Virus record (IMG/VR): IMGVR_UViG_3300030109_006363
Location: 4,713 to 68,712 of that record
DNA length: 64,000 nucleotides
Source: a virus
Reading direction: 5' to 3' (one strand)
Below, one piece after another: positions 29,329 through 38,366 of the stretch; the first letter of the stretch is position 1; every line of letters starts with the position of its first letter. The translations under genes and the position numbers were made by a program. The notes beneath the pieces are model-generated. The model was not told the origin of the DNA and made no database searches. It saw only the letters and a program-made list of their open reading frames with translations.

Positions 29329-31533
29329 TTAAAACAAGGATAGACTACTAAATAAGGAATTTCGTATATTAATATCGAAAATATTGTCTTCTCCTTCTAA
29401 ATTACTTAGCGGTTCATTAAAACTTACTGTAGTTAAACCATTATCATAATCTATAAGACCTGTTAAAATGGTATCATCAGTAACTGCAGATAAAGTGTAA
29501 AATTCGTAAAAATTATTTACTGTACTTATATCAAATGTGTTCGGTAAAATTAATGGCCAGCCCCAAGAACTTCCACCACTTAACGACGCATTTAGAGACT
29601 GAGTACTGTAATCACTTAACATATACGTATTAGAATTTTTTGCCCCCGTAGGTGTCCCGGTATTTATCCCGCTTAAAGCGCTAATAGGTTGAAAGGTATT
29701 CAACCGTATATACGAATTACTAAACTTTTCATAAGCTACTAAATCATTACCCGCAGTAACTTCATAAGTAAGAGAATTTATTTCATCTCCTAGATTTTTA
29801 CCGTAAATAGTTTTAGTTGTAGTTCCTTTAGGATCAAAATTTTCATCAAATTTATTTTTACTGCCTCTAAACTTATTATAACTTAAACTTAAAGTATCAA
29901 TAAATCGTTTTACTTGCTCAGGCTCTTGAGCTAATGCTCTATCAAAAACTATTCCATTATCGTTAGTTAAAGCTGCTAAGCTAATGAGAGAGTTAATATC
30001 ACAGACATCAATATCAGCGTTATTTGAGACAAAGTTAAATACCTTCTCATAAAGTTTTTTACCTAAAACATCATATCTACTACTAACATCTCCAAAAATT
30101 GTACCTATAAAATCATTAAAGAAAATATTCTTATCTAATAAGATTTCTTGAAATCTCATATCTTTAATATTTTGTTCAAAATCAAATCTCTCGTTATGTT
30201 TATAAAAATTATAAAAATCTTTAGGATAAGCTGAAAAGGTTACTGTACCACTAACTGTAGAAAGTAACGAGCTACTAGTATTAAATGAGTATTCATTTTT
30301 CGCACTTAAAGTTAGTCTAGTTGATGTAGAAGAAAGATTATCATTAAATGTTAGTACACCTCTATACCAAAAATTTGTATCTAAAGTAGATAGAGTATTT
30401 GATAAGCTAGATATTTCGTAGTAAGAAGATTGAACTATATTATCTTCGTCGTAAACATGGCTCGTTGCTCCGGATAATAATACAAAGGTAGGGCTTCCAG
30501 CTGAAAGCGCTTTCATAGTAAAGTTATCAGTATTAACAGGAGTAATAACAAACGGAATGCCTAAATCTTTGAATTGAGTTTTGCTTATTGAAAATGGCTC
30601 CGCTTCAATACCTTCACCAGTAATACCATTTGAAGTAAACTTAAATGCACTTAGTGTTTGACCAGAAGTAGGGCTGATAAACGATGACAATGTGATATCA
30701 AAGTTATTAGTGTAGTTGTTATTCTTATACCCCTTTAAACTGTTAGAAAATATATTTTCTCTATCTTTAAAAAATGAAATATTTAAAGGTGTGTCTTGAT
30801 CTTCTGCTTTTAAGTATATTTCCTTACTTCCAGAGCTACCTACATATACACTAGATAAACTAGAGCTAATTCCATAACTTAACGTTCCATCAGAATTAAG
30901 CTGAGCATATATATCTTTTGAAGATAAAGATAAGTTTTCAATTTCTACATATTCGTAAGTAGAAAGGGTTGGTAGATATTTTCTTTCGTAAATGGAAAAA
31001 TATTTCTTTAAGGTGTTAAATTTATATGGTGAGAGGTTGAAATAATTTTCAAAATCACTGCCTGAAACACTGTAATAAATTTCTTGAAAGTCTTGATAAA
31101 AAGGTGTTTGAGATGTAACAGTAATAGGACCAGTTATTTCGCCTGCTGATAAAACTAAAACCGGTTTTCCTGCAGCTATATGACCAGGGGGCATACTTAA
31201 AGAAAAGGTATTGGTTATATAATCTTTAATATGTACTGAATCACTATAAGAAGCTAATACTGAGTTATTTTTACAGTCACGTATAATCATCCGTACAGTA
31301 TATTCACCAGGATACTCATAAACATGTGAACTACTTAGATTGCTTCCAAAAGTACCGTCACCAAAATCGAATGTTATTTTTTGATTGTTAAGTGGAATTT
31401 CCCTGCTTTCATCTAGAGGTATTCTAGCTTTGAAGGTGAGAGGAGTAATATCTAGATTATATGAAGAGAGTTTATTTTCTCCTTTATAATCTACGACGTC
31501 AAAAAGTGCATAGTCTGTTTTAATATTACTCAT
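29329..31533 (-). CDS. Baseplate wedge protein (gp7-like) with PKD domain
   Basis: FDFGDGT...SHVYEYPGEYTV PKD motif; follows gp6 with overlap. Confidence 0.6.
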   Translation of the reverse strand: MSNIKTDYALFDVVDYKGENKLSSYNLDITPLTFKARIPLDESREIPLNNQKITFDFGDGTFGSNLSSSHVYEYPGEYTVRMIIRDCKNNSVLASYSDSVHIKDYITNTFSLSMPPGHIAAGKPVLVLSAGEITGPITVTSQTPFYQDFQEIYYSVSGSDFENYFNLSPYKFNTLKKYFSIYERKYLPTLSTYEYVEIENLSLSSKDIYAQLNSDGTLSYGISSSLSSVYVGSSGSKEIYLKAEDQDTPLNISFFKDRENIFSNSLKGYKNNNYTNNFDITLSSFISPTSGQTLSAFKFTSNGITGEGIEAEPFSISKTQFKDLGIPFVITPVNTDNFTMKALSAGSPTFVLLSGATSHVYDEDNIVQSSYYEISSLSNTLSTLDTNFWYRGVLTFNDNLSSTSTRLTLSAKNEYSFNTSSSLLSTVSGTVTFSAYPKDFYNFYKHNERFDFEQNIKDMRFQEILLDKNIFFNDFIGTIFGDVSSRYDVLGKKLYEKVFNFVSNNADIDVCDINSLISLAALTNDNGIVFDRALAQEPEQVKRFIDTLSLSYNKFRGSKNKFDENFDPKGTTTKTIYGKNLGDEINSLTYEVTAGNDLVAYEKFSNSYIRLNTFQPISALSGINTGTPTGAKNSNTYMLSDYSTQSLNASLSGGSSWGWPLILPNTFDISTVNNFYEFYTLSAVTDDTILTGLIDYDNGLTTVSFNEPLSNLEGEDNIFDINIRNSLFSSLSLF

Positions 31534-33364
31534 CTACTACTTTAATACGATTAGTTAATGAAAGAGGGGAATATAAGTATGGAAACTTAAAATAAGGTAA
31601 GGTAATGTCTTGATTAACTAAAGATATGTCACTAGTTTCATATAACGGATTAAAAGATAAAAACGAAACAGTATCGATACTAGCACCAGTAGATTCATTT
31701 TTAGTATAGATTCTTTTTACTCCTTCTAATGAAAGAATATTATTACTTAATTCATTTAAATTAAGTTTTTGACCTAAATTATTATTTGATGGATCAAAGA
31801 AGGATTTAATTAAATTAGCTGCTCTGCTGCTTAAAGTGTTTTTATTTATTTTATTATTAATCTCTCTAACTATATATAAACTAGTCTCGTTAAGTAAATT
31901 TAATTCTAAATCAGATGAATTAGTAAACCCTAGACCATAAGCCATGTAAATAGGGTCTCTTGGTACTACTGTATTAGAAACCATTTTTCTATCTTTACAG
32001 GTTTCTACAATTAAATTCTTAAATGAATCTGATAGATAAGGAGGGAAAAATTTATCCTGAGCCACTGTAAATTTAGGAGCAACGAAAATGTTAATATTGT
32101 TAAAATCGCAAGCGTCTGCAAAATTTATTTGATTAATTAGTACTCTATTTACTTTATTAGGATCAACACATATGTCATAGAAATATTGAATGTATTCATT
32201 AATGTATGAATCATTATTTACCACTGATACACTATTAAGCACATTAGCTAAATTCTTTCCTAAGAAAGCTTCGTAATCAGATTCATTAACTAAACGTAGC
32301 TGAGAGGAAAAAGCTTTGGGAGCATTTTTTCTTATTTCATCTACTGTTTCTTCATCTGAAAGCGAAGTTGAATTTTGAGGGTTGTTTACAGTTAATAGAG
32401 TAGAATTTGAACCATCTATAAACGTAGTTTCATTTTTATTTGCAAAGGTATCATTAAAAATTTGTCTTTGTCTTAACGAGTCATAAACAAACAGTTTATT
32501 ACCATTGATTACATTTTTACTAATGACACCTTCAGTATTATCAGATTGTATATAATTTATTGAAACTATATCTCCTACCCTTAATCTTTTTCCAAAAACA
32601 CCACTTCCAAATTTGATTTCATAAAATCCATTTTCATTTAAACGCCTTTCGTAAACTCTATCAGTTGAATCAGAAAGGTATAAACTATCTACCTCCTTAT
32701 AGAGATAATACGTATTATTATCTTTTTCTTTTACATAAACATCAATAGTATTATCAGCTATAAATTTTTCAGCGTTATTATCAACTACATTTTTTACTAC
32801 TATAGGCACTAATTCAAACTCTTCACCTTGAGCAGAATAATCAGGATATTCTTTAATTGAACCTTGATATAAAATTACTGAATCATTTAAAGATTTTATA
32901 ACTTCGCTTCCTGTAGTTGTTTTGTTAAAAGAATAATCATCAATAAAGTTGTATTGAAATCCATCAGCTAAGAAGTAAGAATTTTTTCTTATAGTGTAAT
33001 TTGCTACAGCCATGTCAGCTGTACCTACAGCGTTTATAGGTACAATAGAAGTTTGCTTTCCAGCTGGCTTGTAACCTATAAGCTTAACTATCTTATTCAT
33101 ATTCTCATAGATAGAAGCTTGATCAAAATTTACTTCTGAAGCAGTATTATTTAAGTAAAAAAGTAATACATGATATGAATACGCAATAATATCAATCACT
33201 GCTGCTAAATTACTACCATCATAATTTTGGTCAGTAAATTTTTCATTAGTATTAAGTCTGTTAATTATATAATCCTTTAAACTTACTGCGTCAAAAGCTA
33301 CATAAGCATTTTGAGGTAAGTTGAATTCTAAAAATTCATTATCTTTATCGTTTGGAGTAGCCAT
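31526..33364 (-). CDS. Baseplate wedge subunit (T4 gp6-like)
   Basis: FTDQNYDGSNL..IDIIAY, LIGYKP, YEIKFGSGVFGK, ETVDEIRKNAP, RLVNESDY. Confidence 0.9.
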   Translation of the reverse strand: MATPNDKDNEFLEFNLPQNAYVAFDAVSLKDYIINRLNTNEKFTDQNYDGSNLAAVIDIIAYSYHVLLFYLNNTASEVNFDQASIYENMNKIVKLIGYKPAGKQTSIVPINAVGTADMAVANYTIRKNSYFLADGFQYNFIDDYSFNKTTTGSEVIKSLNDSVILYQGSIKEYPDYSAQGEEFELVPIVVKNVVDNNAEKFIADNTIDVYVKEKDNNTYYLYKEVDSLYLSDSTDRVYERRLNENGFYEIKFGSGVFGKRLRVGDIVSINYIQSDNTEGVISKNVINGNKLFVYDSLRQRQIFNDTFANKNETTFIDGSNSTLLTVNNPQNSTSLSDEETVDEIRKNAPKAFSSQLRLVNESDYEAFLGKNLANVLNSVSVVNNDSYINEYIQYFYDICVDPNKVNRVLINQINFADACDFNNINIFVAPKFTVAQDKFFPPYLSDSFKNLIVETCKDRKMVSNTVVPRDPIYMAYGLGFTNSSDLELNLLNETSLYIVREINNKINKNTLSSRAANLIKSFFDPSNNNLGQKLNLNELSNNILSLEGVKRIYTKNESTGASIDTVSFLSFNPLYETSDISLVNQDITLPYFKFPYLYSPLSLTNRIKVVDE

Positions 33365-33366
33365 AA

Positions 33367-33855
33367 TTAAAATATAATATATCCATTGTTATTTAATACC
33401 GATCTTATTGAGATCCCATATACATTTAAAGAAGGGATGTTTATTTGCAAATTGATTTTGTATTCGTTATTATCTGCGTCAGGAATTACACTGACACCTT
33501 CTATTTCAACTCTAGGCTCCATTAAAGGTAGCCTATTTTTTATGTCATCTTTTATAGAAAATGCACTAAAGTCACTTATAGGCTCAAACAAATACCTTCT
33601 TAAATCTAACCCAAATTCAGGGCTCAGTATTTTTTCTCCAGGTGCAGTAAGAAATATATTAGTAATACTGTTAAGAACTGCATTTTCATCATACAATCCC
33701 TGCGCGTCTTTGAGGATAGTAGATTTATTAAATTGTTTATTATAGTAAACCGAAGTATCTAAATCTAAAAATAAATCTTTATAAAGATACCCTTGTTTTA
33801 GTGAATTACCATCTAAATTACTAACTTCAGTATCTGTTAATTTTATTAGAGCCAT
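33367..33855 (-). CDS. Baseplate wedge subunit (T4 gp25-like)
   Basis: YKDL, SITNIFLTAPGEKILSPEFG, LFEP, EPRV. Confidence 0.92.
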   Translation of the reverse strand: MALIKLTDTEVSNLDGNSLKQGYLYKDLFLDLDTSVYYNKQFNKSTILKDAQGLYDENAVLNSITNIFLTAPGEKILSPEFGLDLRRYLFEPISDFSAFSIKDDIKNRLPLMEPRVEIEGVSVIPDADNNEYKINLQINIPSLNVYGISIRSVLNNNGYIIF

Positions 33856-33887
33856 TTATTATATTTAATGTAGCATATCAGGATAAA

Positions 33888-33903
33888 GGAACTATAATAT
33901 AAT
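33888..33903 (+). promoter_or_regulatory. GGAACT-N4-TATAAT candidate promoter
   Basis: Identical 16-mer to 9744-9759. Confidence 0.55.
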
Positions 33904-33905
33904 AA

Positions 33906-34196
33906 GTGAGTATGGAGTTAATTGGTAAAGCTGATGTTAAGGTTGATGTTTCGTTAAAAGACGTTCTTAATACCATTGAAGTAGAGGTTCATAAAAAGCT
34001 AAAGCTTCCTCATCCTAATGAAGGTGAAGTTACTGCAAATCCTCATCATGATGGTAATTGGCGCTGGAATATTAAAAAAGATGTTAATACTTCTCACTCG
34101 TTTCAACTTGAAGAAAGTTTAGGACCAGCAGATGACGAAGATATTGAAATCTTTCAAGCTTATCATACCTTACGTTTATTTCTTAAAGATAGCTAA
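33906..34196 (+). CDS. Hypothetical protein
   Basis: 96 aa; true start may be ATG 33912. Confidence 0.6.
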   Translation: MSMELIGKADVKVDVSLKDVLNTIEVEVHKKLKLPHPNEGEVTANPHHDGNWRWNIKKDVNTSHSFQLEESLGPADDEDIEIFQAYHTLRLFLKDS

Positions 34197-34234
34197 AACT
34201 GTATGATTCTTTGCAAGCTGGCATAAATAATATT

Positions 34235-34810
34235 ATGGCCGATAAAAAGTTTGTAAGTTTACATGAATCGTATATGAGAAGGTATGAGCGAGGAGGCTTT
34301 CTCGTGGGTGATGTTTTTAAGTTTAATGATAATTTTAAAAGCACTGACGAATTTAAAGCTCTAGGAACTAATACACAAGAGCTTTTACAACATATGATTG
34401 ACTCAGGTCTTCATGTAAGAGTTGTAGGTATTAAAGATAATACTTCAGCGAGGTACCCTGCTAATTCAGATACAACTACATTAGACGTTGTATTAGACTT
34501 AGCTCTCGATGATGGTGGAGGAAGATATTCACATCACGTATCTATTCCAAGTAACTTAGGTCAAGCAGAAGAATTTTATCCTAATCTTCCTCCAATTCCT
34601 GATGTGATGAAGAGACCTAGTAATGTTAATATTAAGCCTGAAGAAGCTGAAACAGCTAAAGCACCACAAGCTAGAGATGCTAGCCCTGATAGAGCGCTAC
34701 CCGATAGCAATGTTGATATTCCATCTGATGCAGTCACTCCTTCGCCGGCTGCTACTTCATACACGCAACAATATCTTGGAGATTTAACAAAAGGCCCTAG
34801 TGCTTATTAA
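34235..34810 (+). CDS. Late protein, probable head-internal
   Basis: TAAATA 34224-34229, 5 nt before ATG 34235 (MADKKFVSLHE). Confidence 0.6.
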   Translation: MADKKFVSLHESYMRRYERGGFLVGDVFKFNDNFKSTDEFKALGTNTQELLQHMIDSGLHVRVVGIKDNTSARYPANSDTTTLDVVLDLALDDGGGRYSHHVSIPSNLGQAEEFYPNLPPIPDVMKRPSNVNIKPEEAETAKAPQARDASPDRALPDSNVDIPSDAVTPSPAATSYTQQYLGDLTKGPSAY

Positions 34811-34821
34811 ATAATAATAAG

Positions 34822-35310
34822 ATGACTAAACACGATCAAGATTTAATAGCTGAAGCTTATAATAAAGTTAACGAAGGATTCTTTGACAGAATTAAGGCTA
34901 GAGCTAGCCAAACTGGAGGCGCAGTAAAGGGGTTAGGTCAAAAAGTTAAAGGAGCAGCAAAAGATGTAGCGGGAAAAGCGTTAGCAGGAGCTGCTGAAGT
35001 AGGTGGTAAAGCTTTAGGTGTTGATGCATCAGAAGGAGGGTTAGCTCAAAAAGGAGCAGCTTTACAAAAAGACGCTACAAGAGATAAAGCTAGAGGAGCT
35101 AGAGCTGGTCAGGAAGCTAAATTTAAAAGTTATATAGCTAATTCTGCTAAAACTATTGCGAATGATCTGGCAAAATTAGGAATGGAAGTGGATGATGATG
35201 CTGGCCTTATTGAAGATATACAGAATGTTATCTCATCTCGTCTAAAGCAAGTTACCAAAAGCGGTCAATTTAGAGATGCTGCTGGTAAAATGGGAGGTAA
35301 AGTAGCTTAA
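34822..35310 (+). CDS. Ala/Gly/Lys-rich probable internal head protein
   Basis: MTKHDQDLIAEAYNKVNEGFFDRIKAR; TAAATA upstream. Confidence 0.6.
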   Translation: MTKHDQDLIAEAYNKVNEGFFDRIKARASQTGGAVKGLGQKVKGAAKDVAGKALAGAAEVGGKALGVDASEGGLAQKGAALQKDATRDKARGARAGQEAKFKSYIANSAKTIANDLAKLGMEVDDDAGLIEDIQNVISSRLKQVTKSGQFRDAAGKMGGKVA

Positions 35311-35314
35311 GCTA

Positions 35315-36238
35315 TTATACACACTTCTCGAGATTAACTAGACACGCAAAAGCATTAATCTCTTTATCTACTACAAACGCGCTCTTATACAAATGATCAG
35401 CTATATTAGCTATAAACGCTTTCTTTTGTGCGTCTTGTAAATTAGTATTATAGATATAGTTTAAGAAGTTTGCCAGCAAAGTATCATAGTCACCTTGAAA
35501 TCTATCTTCGTTCTCAATTAAGTATTTTCTAGCTTCTAAGCTCTTTTGACTTACTATTTTTTTATAGACGGTTTCGAGAAGCTCGTTATCGCTAGTAATG
35601 CTAGCAATACACAGCTCTGAATCAATAACGTTCTTTTGAAGCTCATTGATCGCTTTCCGTAAATCGGGGAAGTGACGCTTAACGAGTTGGATGAATTTGA
35701 TCTTTTGTTCATCTGATACTTTAACATTTTCATTTTTTAGAATATAATAACAACGCTTTACAGCGAGTTCTACTACCGGCTTAATATCTAAAGCCTGACA
35801 CCTTGATTGCAAGGCAGGAATAATTTTATGCTTATAGTTAGCTGTAAGAATAAACCTACAATACTTAGCGAATGTCTCCATAGTATTACGCAATGCAGCT
35901 TGCGCTTGAGGAGTAAGCCCATCAGCTTCGTCTAAGATTACTACTTTAACACCTCCATCGAAAGATTTAGTTTGAGCGAAGTTAGTGATATTATGTCTGA
36001 TGGTATCAATACCAGACTCATCAGAAGCATTAATATAAAGATAATTACATCCGAGTATATCGTTAACAATAACTCTAGCAAGGGTGGTCTTACCAGTACC
36101 AGGGTTACCAACAAAGAGAAGATTAGGTATTTCATTTTTAAACTCTTTAACTATTTTAAGAGTACGTTTATCTAAAATAATATCATCGAGCTTAGCAGGA
36201 CGATATTTCTCAACCCAAATTTTATCAAAATCAATCAT
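35315..36238 (-). CDS. Clamp loader AAA+ subunit (T4 gp44 / RFC small subunit-like)
   Basis: WVEKYRP, GNPGTGKTT, INASDE, LDEAD, LQSRC, PDLRKAINELQ. Confidence 0.95.
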   Translation of the reverse strand: MIDFDKIWVEKYRPAKLDDIILDKRTLKIVKEFKNEIPNLLFVGNPGTGKTTLARVIVNDILGCNYLYINASDESGIDTIRHNITNFAQTKSFDGGVKVVILDEADGLTPQAQAALRNTMETFAKYCRFILTANYKHKIIPALQSRCQALDIKPVVELAVKRCYYILKNENVKVSDEQKIKFIQLVKRHFPDLRKAINELQKNVIDSELCIASITSDNELLETVYKKIVSQKSLEARKYLIENEDRFQGDYDTLLANFLNYIYNTNLQDAQKKAFIANIADHLYKSAFVVDKEINAFACLVNLEKCV

Positions 36239-36240
36239 AA

Positions 36241-36663
36241 TTATTTACCAGAAGAACCAAAGCCTTTTTCACCTCGTTTAGATTCTATAATTTCTCCTTC
36301 AGAAACTTCTACAGTATAGTTTCTATAAACTACAAACTGAGCAATTCTATCTCCAGCTTTAACTTCGTAATCAGTATCGGTATTATTATATAATTTAATT
36401 CCAGCATCTCCACGGTAACCTTGATCAATGATACCAGGATGCGGGATAATACCATGCTTAAATCCAAGACCAGAACGGCCTTCAACTTTTACCCAAAAAC
36501 CAAGATCAATATAAGCAAATTTTAACCCAACGTCCACTACAGCAGAGCCCCGTGCGGGAATAACTTTATCTTCAACTGAAGTAACATCTAATCCTGTATC
36601 TGCTTCATGATTCTTAGAAGGAATTACAGCTTTATCATTAGTCTTTTTAAACCTTACTACCAT
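36241..36663 (-). CDS. dut: Trimeric dUTPase
   Basis: GLD, GRSGLG, GIIDQGYRG, GDRIAQ, RGEKGFGSSG. Confidence 0.95.
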   Translation of the reverse strand: MVVRFKKTNDKAVIPSKNHEADTGLDVTSVEDKVIPARGSAVVDVGLKFAYIDLGFWVKVEGRSGLGFKHGIIPHPGIIDQGYRGDAGIKLYNNTDTDYEVKAGDRIAQFVVYRNYTVEVSEGEIIESKRGEKGFGSSGK

Positions 36664-36669
36664 ACATCT

Positions 36670-36697
36670 ATGATAAGATACTTTGCAAAATATTCAA
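36670..36697 (-). promoter_or_regulatory. Sigma70-like promoter for dut-gp44 (probably leaderless)
   Basis: Minus strand TTGAAT-N16-TATCAT-N6-ATG. Confidence 0.55.
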
Positions 36698-36718
36698 GAG
36701 TAGATTAAATATATATAA

Positions 36719-37162
36719 ATGGCCGAAGAACTAGATGAAGCTGTAAACGATATTATTGCGCAACTAAAGCATAATAATAAAGTAGCTAAAGCGCCTGTAG
36801 AAGAAAGTGTTCTTAATAAAGAAGACTTAGAGGATTTTCTCATTCAAAATTCAGGTAAGCTCATTAAAAAATCTCTTAGTATAGTAGATAATGTAAATGA
36901 TTACATTTCGTCTGCACCTGAAAATAGAGATGTAGCAGCTTTAGCAGAATTAATTAAAGCTTCTTCTTCAGCTATAGAGACTCTTAATCGTCTTCATACT
37001 GCTAAAGAAAGAAACGAAACGCAAGTAGCAGTTAAGCGTTTAGATGTAGAGAGCAAAGAACGTCTTAACATAGCAGACAATCAAACTAAAATGCTTTTGT
37101 CGAGAGACGATATTATGAAAGCATTAATTGATAAAGAAGATGAAGATGTTATTGATGTTTAA
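36719..37162 (+). CDS. Probable terminase small subunit (T4 gp16-like)
   Basis: 147 aa helical protein; RDVAALAELIKASSSAIETLNRLH resembles the gp16 central helix; acidic DVIDV end; late TAAATA box. Confidence 0.55.
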   Translation: MAEELDEAVNDIIAQLKHNNKVAKAPVEESVLNKEDLEDFLIQNSGKLIKKSLSIVDNVNDYISSAPENRDVAALAELIKASSSAIETLNRLHTAKERNETQVAVKRLDVESKERLNIADNQTKMLLSRDDIMKALIDKEDEDVIDV

Positions 37163-38364
37163 AAGTTAAGATCTTTACATTCACCTTCATCTTCACAAAG
37201 CTCTTTCTTAACTATAGATACTGGAGCAGCTGCTAACTCGTCCTCAGGTATATCTGGAAGCTCAGGAAGCTCTGGAAGCCTAGATGTAGTACTAGCGCCA
37301 TCATCTGGAAATTGACCACCTATAGTACATATATCATATATTCCATCACCTATGCAAATTTGTATAGTATAAGTATCATCAGTACTAATAGGTGTTCCGA
37401 GTATAGAAGTTAATGCACTTTCACATTTTTGTTGAATAATTCTATTCTTAACCGTGTATTCTGTTCTATCTAAGGATATAAGTAATCTGTTAACTCCGTT
37501 TAAAATAGAAAAAGCTTCACTACCTTTTATGTAGAATGTATTTACAAACTTTCTAAATTCAAATAATTTATTTGCTGCTGGTCCTAAAGCTGATTTAATA
37601 GACTCAAAAATATTGTTTGATATATCTCTTAAATTATTAAAGAATGGTATATCTTTGAGATTAAGATTGCCTGCGGCGAAGTTAGTAAAGCCTTGTGAAA
37701 ATTCATTATTAACTCTTAATTTTGGAAACTTATCTATAAAAGGTAGGGTATTATCATTATAACAACTACATTCAAAATTATAATTAAAGACATTGGTAGC
37801 TGCTCTAGTACCTTTTTGTATATTATCTTGCATGTATGGGGGTAGTTTATTGTAAAGATCTAAAGCTGCATTAAATGGTTCTAAGCCATAAACTGTAGTA
37901 GATATATTACCTCTCACTGCATTACCTAATGTACCTATTCCATCGTTTACTGAAGCCAGTAAATTTATACTCTCACCAGATAACAGTTTAGATATATCAT
38001 ATGCAGCACATGCAAAAGGACCATTCAAAAGTTGACGCAAATAATATAGAATAGAGCATTCATCAAGGTTTAAGAGACCTTCAGCAGATTGCAGCATGCC
38101 TATAAATTCTTCTAATTGATCTAAGCCTAATTCAAAAATCTTGAGATAGTTTTCCATGAAATCTAAATCAGACTCAGAATAATTATGCATGAATTGACCA
38201 TTTAACTTACCATCACAATCTCTCTCAATTAAATTTTCGAATTGTTTTCTATTTACAAAGAGAGATCTTAGAACTTGAGCTTTAACGTTAAAGAAACCAT
38301 TAACATCATCTACTAGTTCATTAACTAATTGATCTATACACGCTGATCTGTTACCGGTACTCAT
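37159..38364 (-). CDS. Hypothetical tail/baseplate-region protein
   Basis: 401 aa directly downstream of the hub gene; Cys-containing; C-terminal LCEDEGECKDLNF. Confidence 0.6.
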   Translation of the reverse strand: MSTGNRSACIDQLVNELVDDVNGFFNVKAQVLRSLFVNRKQFENLIERDCDGKLNGQFMHNYSESDLDFMENYLKIFELGLDQLEEFIGMLQSAEGLLNLDECSILYYLRQLLNGPFACAAYDISKLLSGESINLLASVNDGIGTLGNAVRGNISTTVYGLEPFNAALDLYNKLPPYMQDNIQKGTRAATNVFNYNFECSCYNDNTLPFIDKFPKLRVNNEFSQGFTNFAAGNLNLKDIPFFNNLRDISNNIFESIKSALGPAANKLFEFRKFVNTFYIKGSEAFSILNGVNRLLISLDRTEYTVKNRIIQQKCESALTSILGTPISTDDTYTIQICIGDGIYDICTIGGQFPDDGASTTSRLPELPELPDIPEDELAAAPVSIVKKELCEDEGECKDLNF

Positions 38365-38366
38365 AT

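Noticed and set aside
35315-36238. RFC-like and NRS/ER-like genes suggesting an archaeal or eukaryotic giant virus
   Set aside because: T4 gp44 is itself RFC-like, and the sheath, tube, baseplate, gp32 and gp17 genes indicate a T4-like tailed phage.
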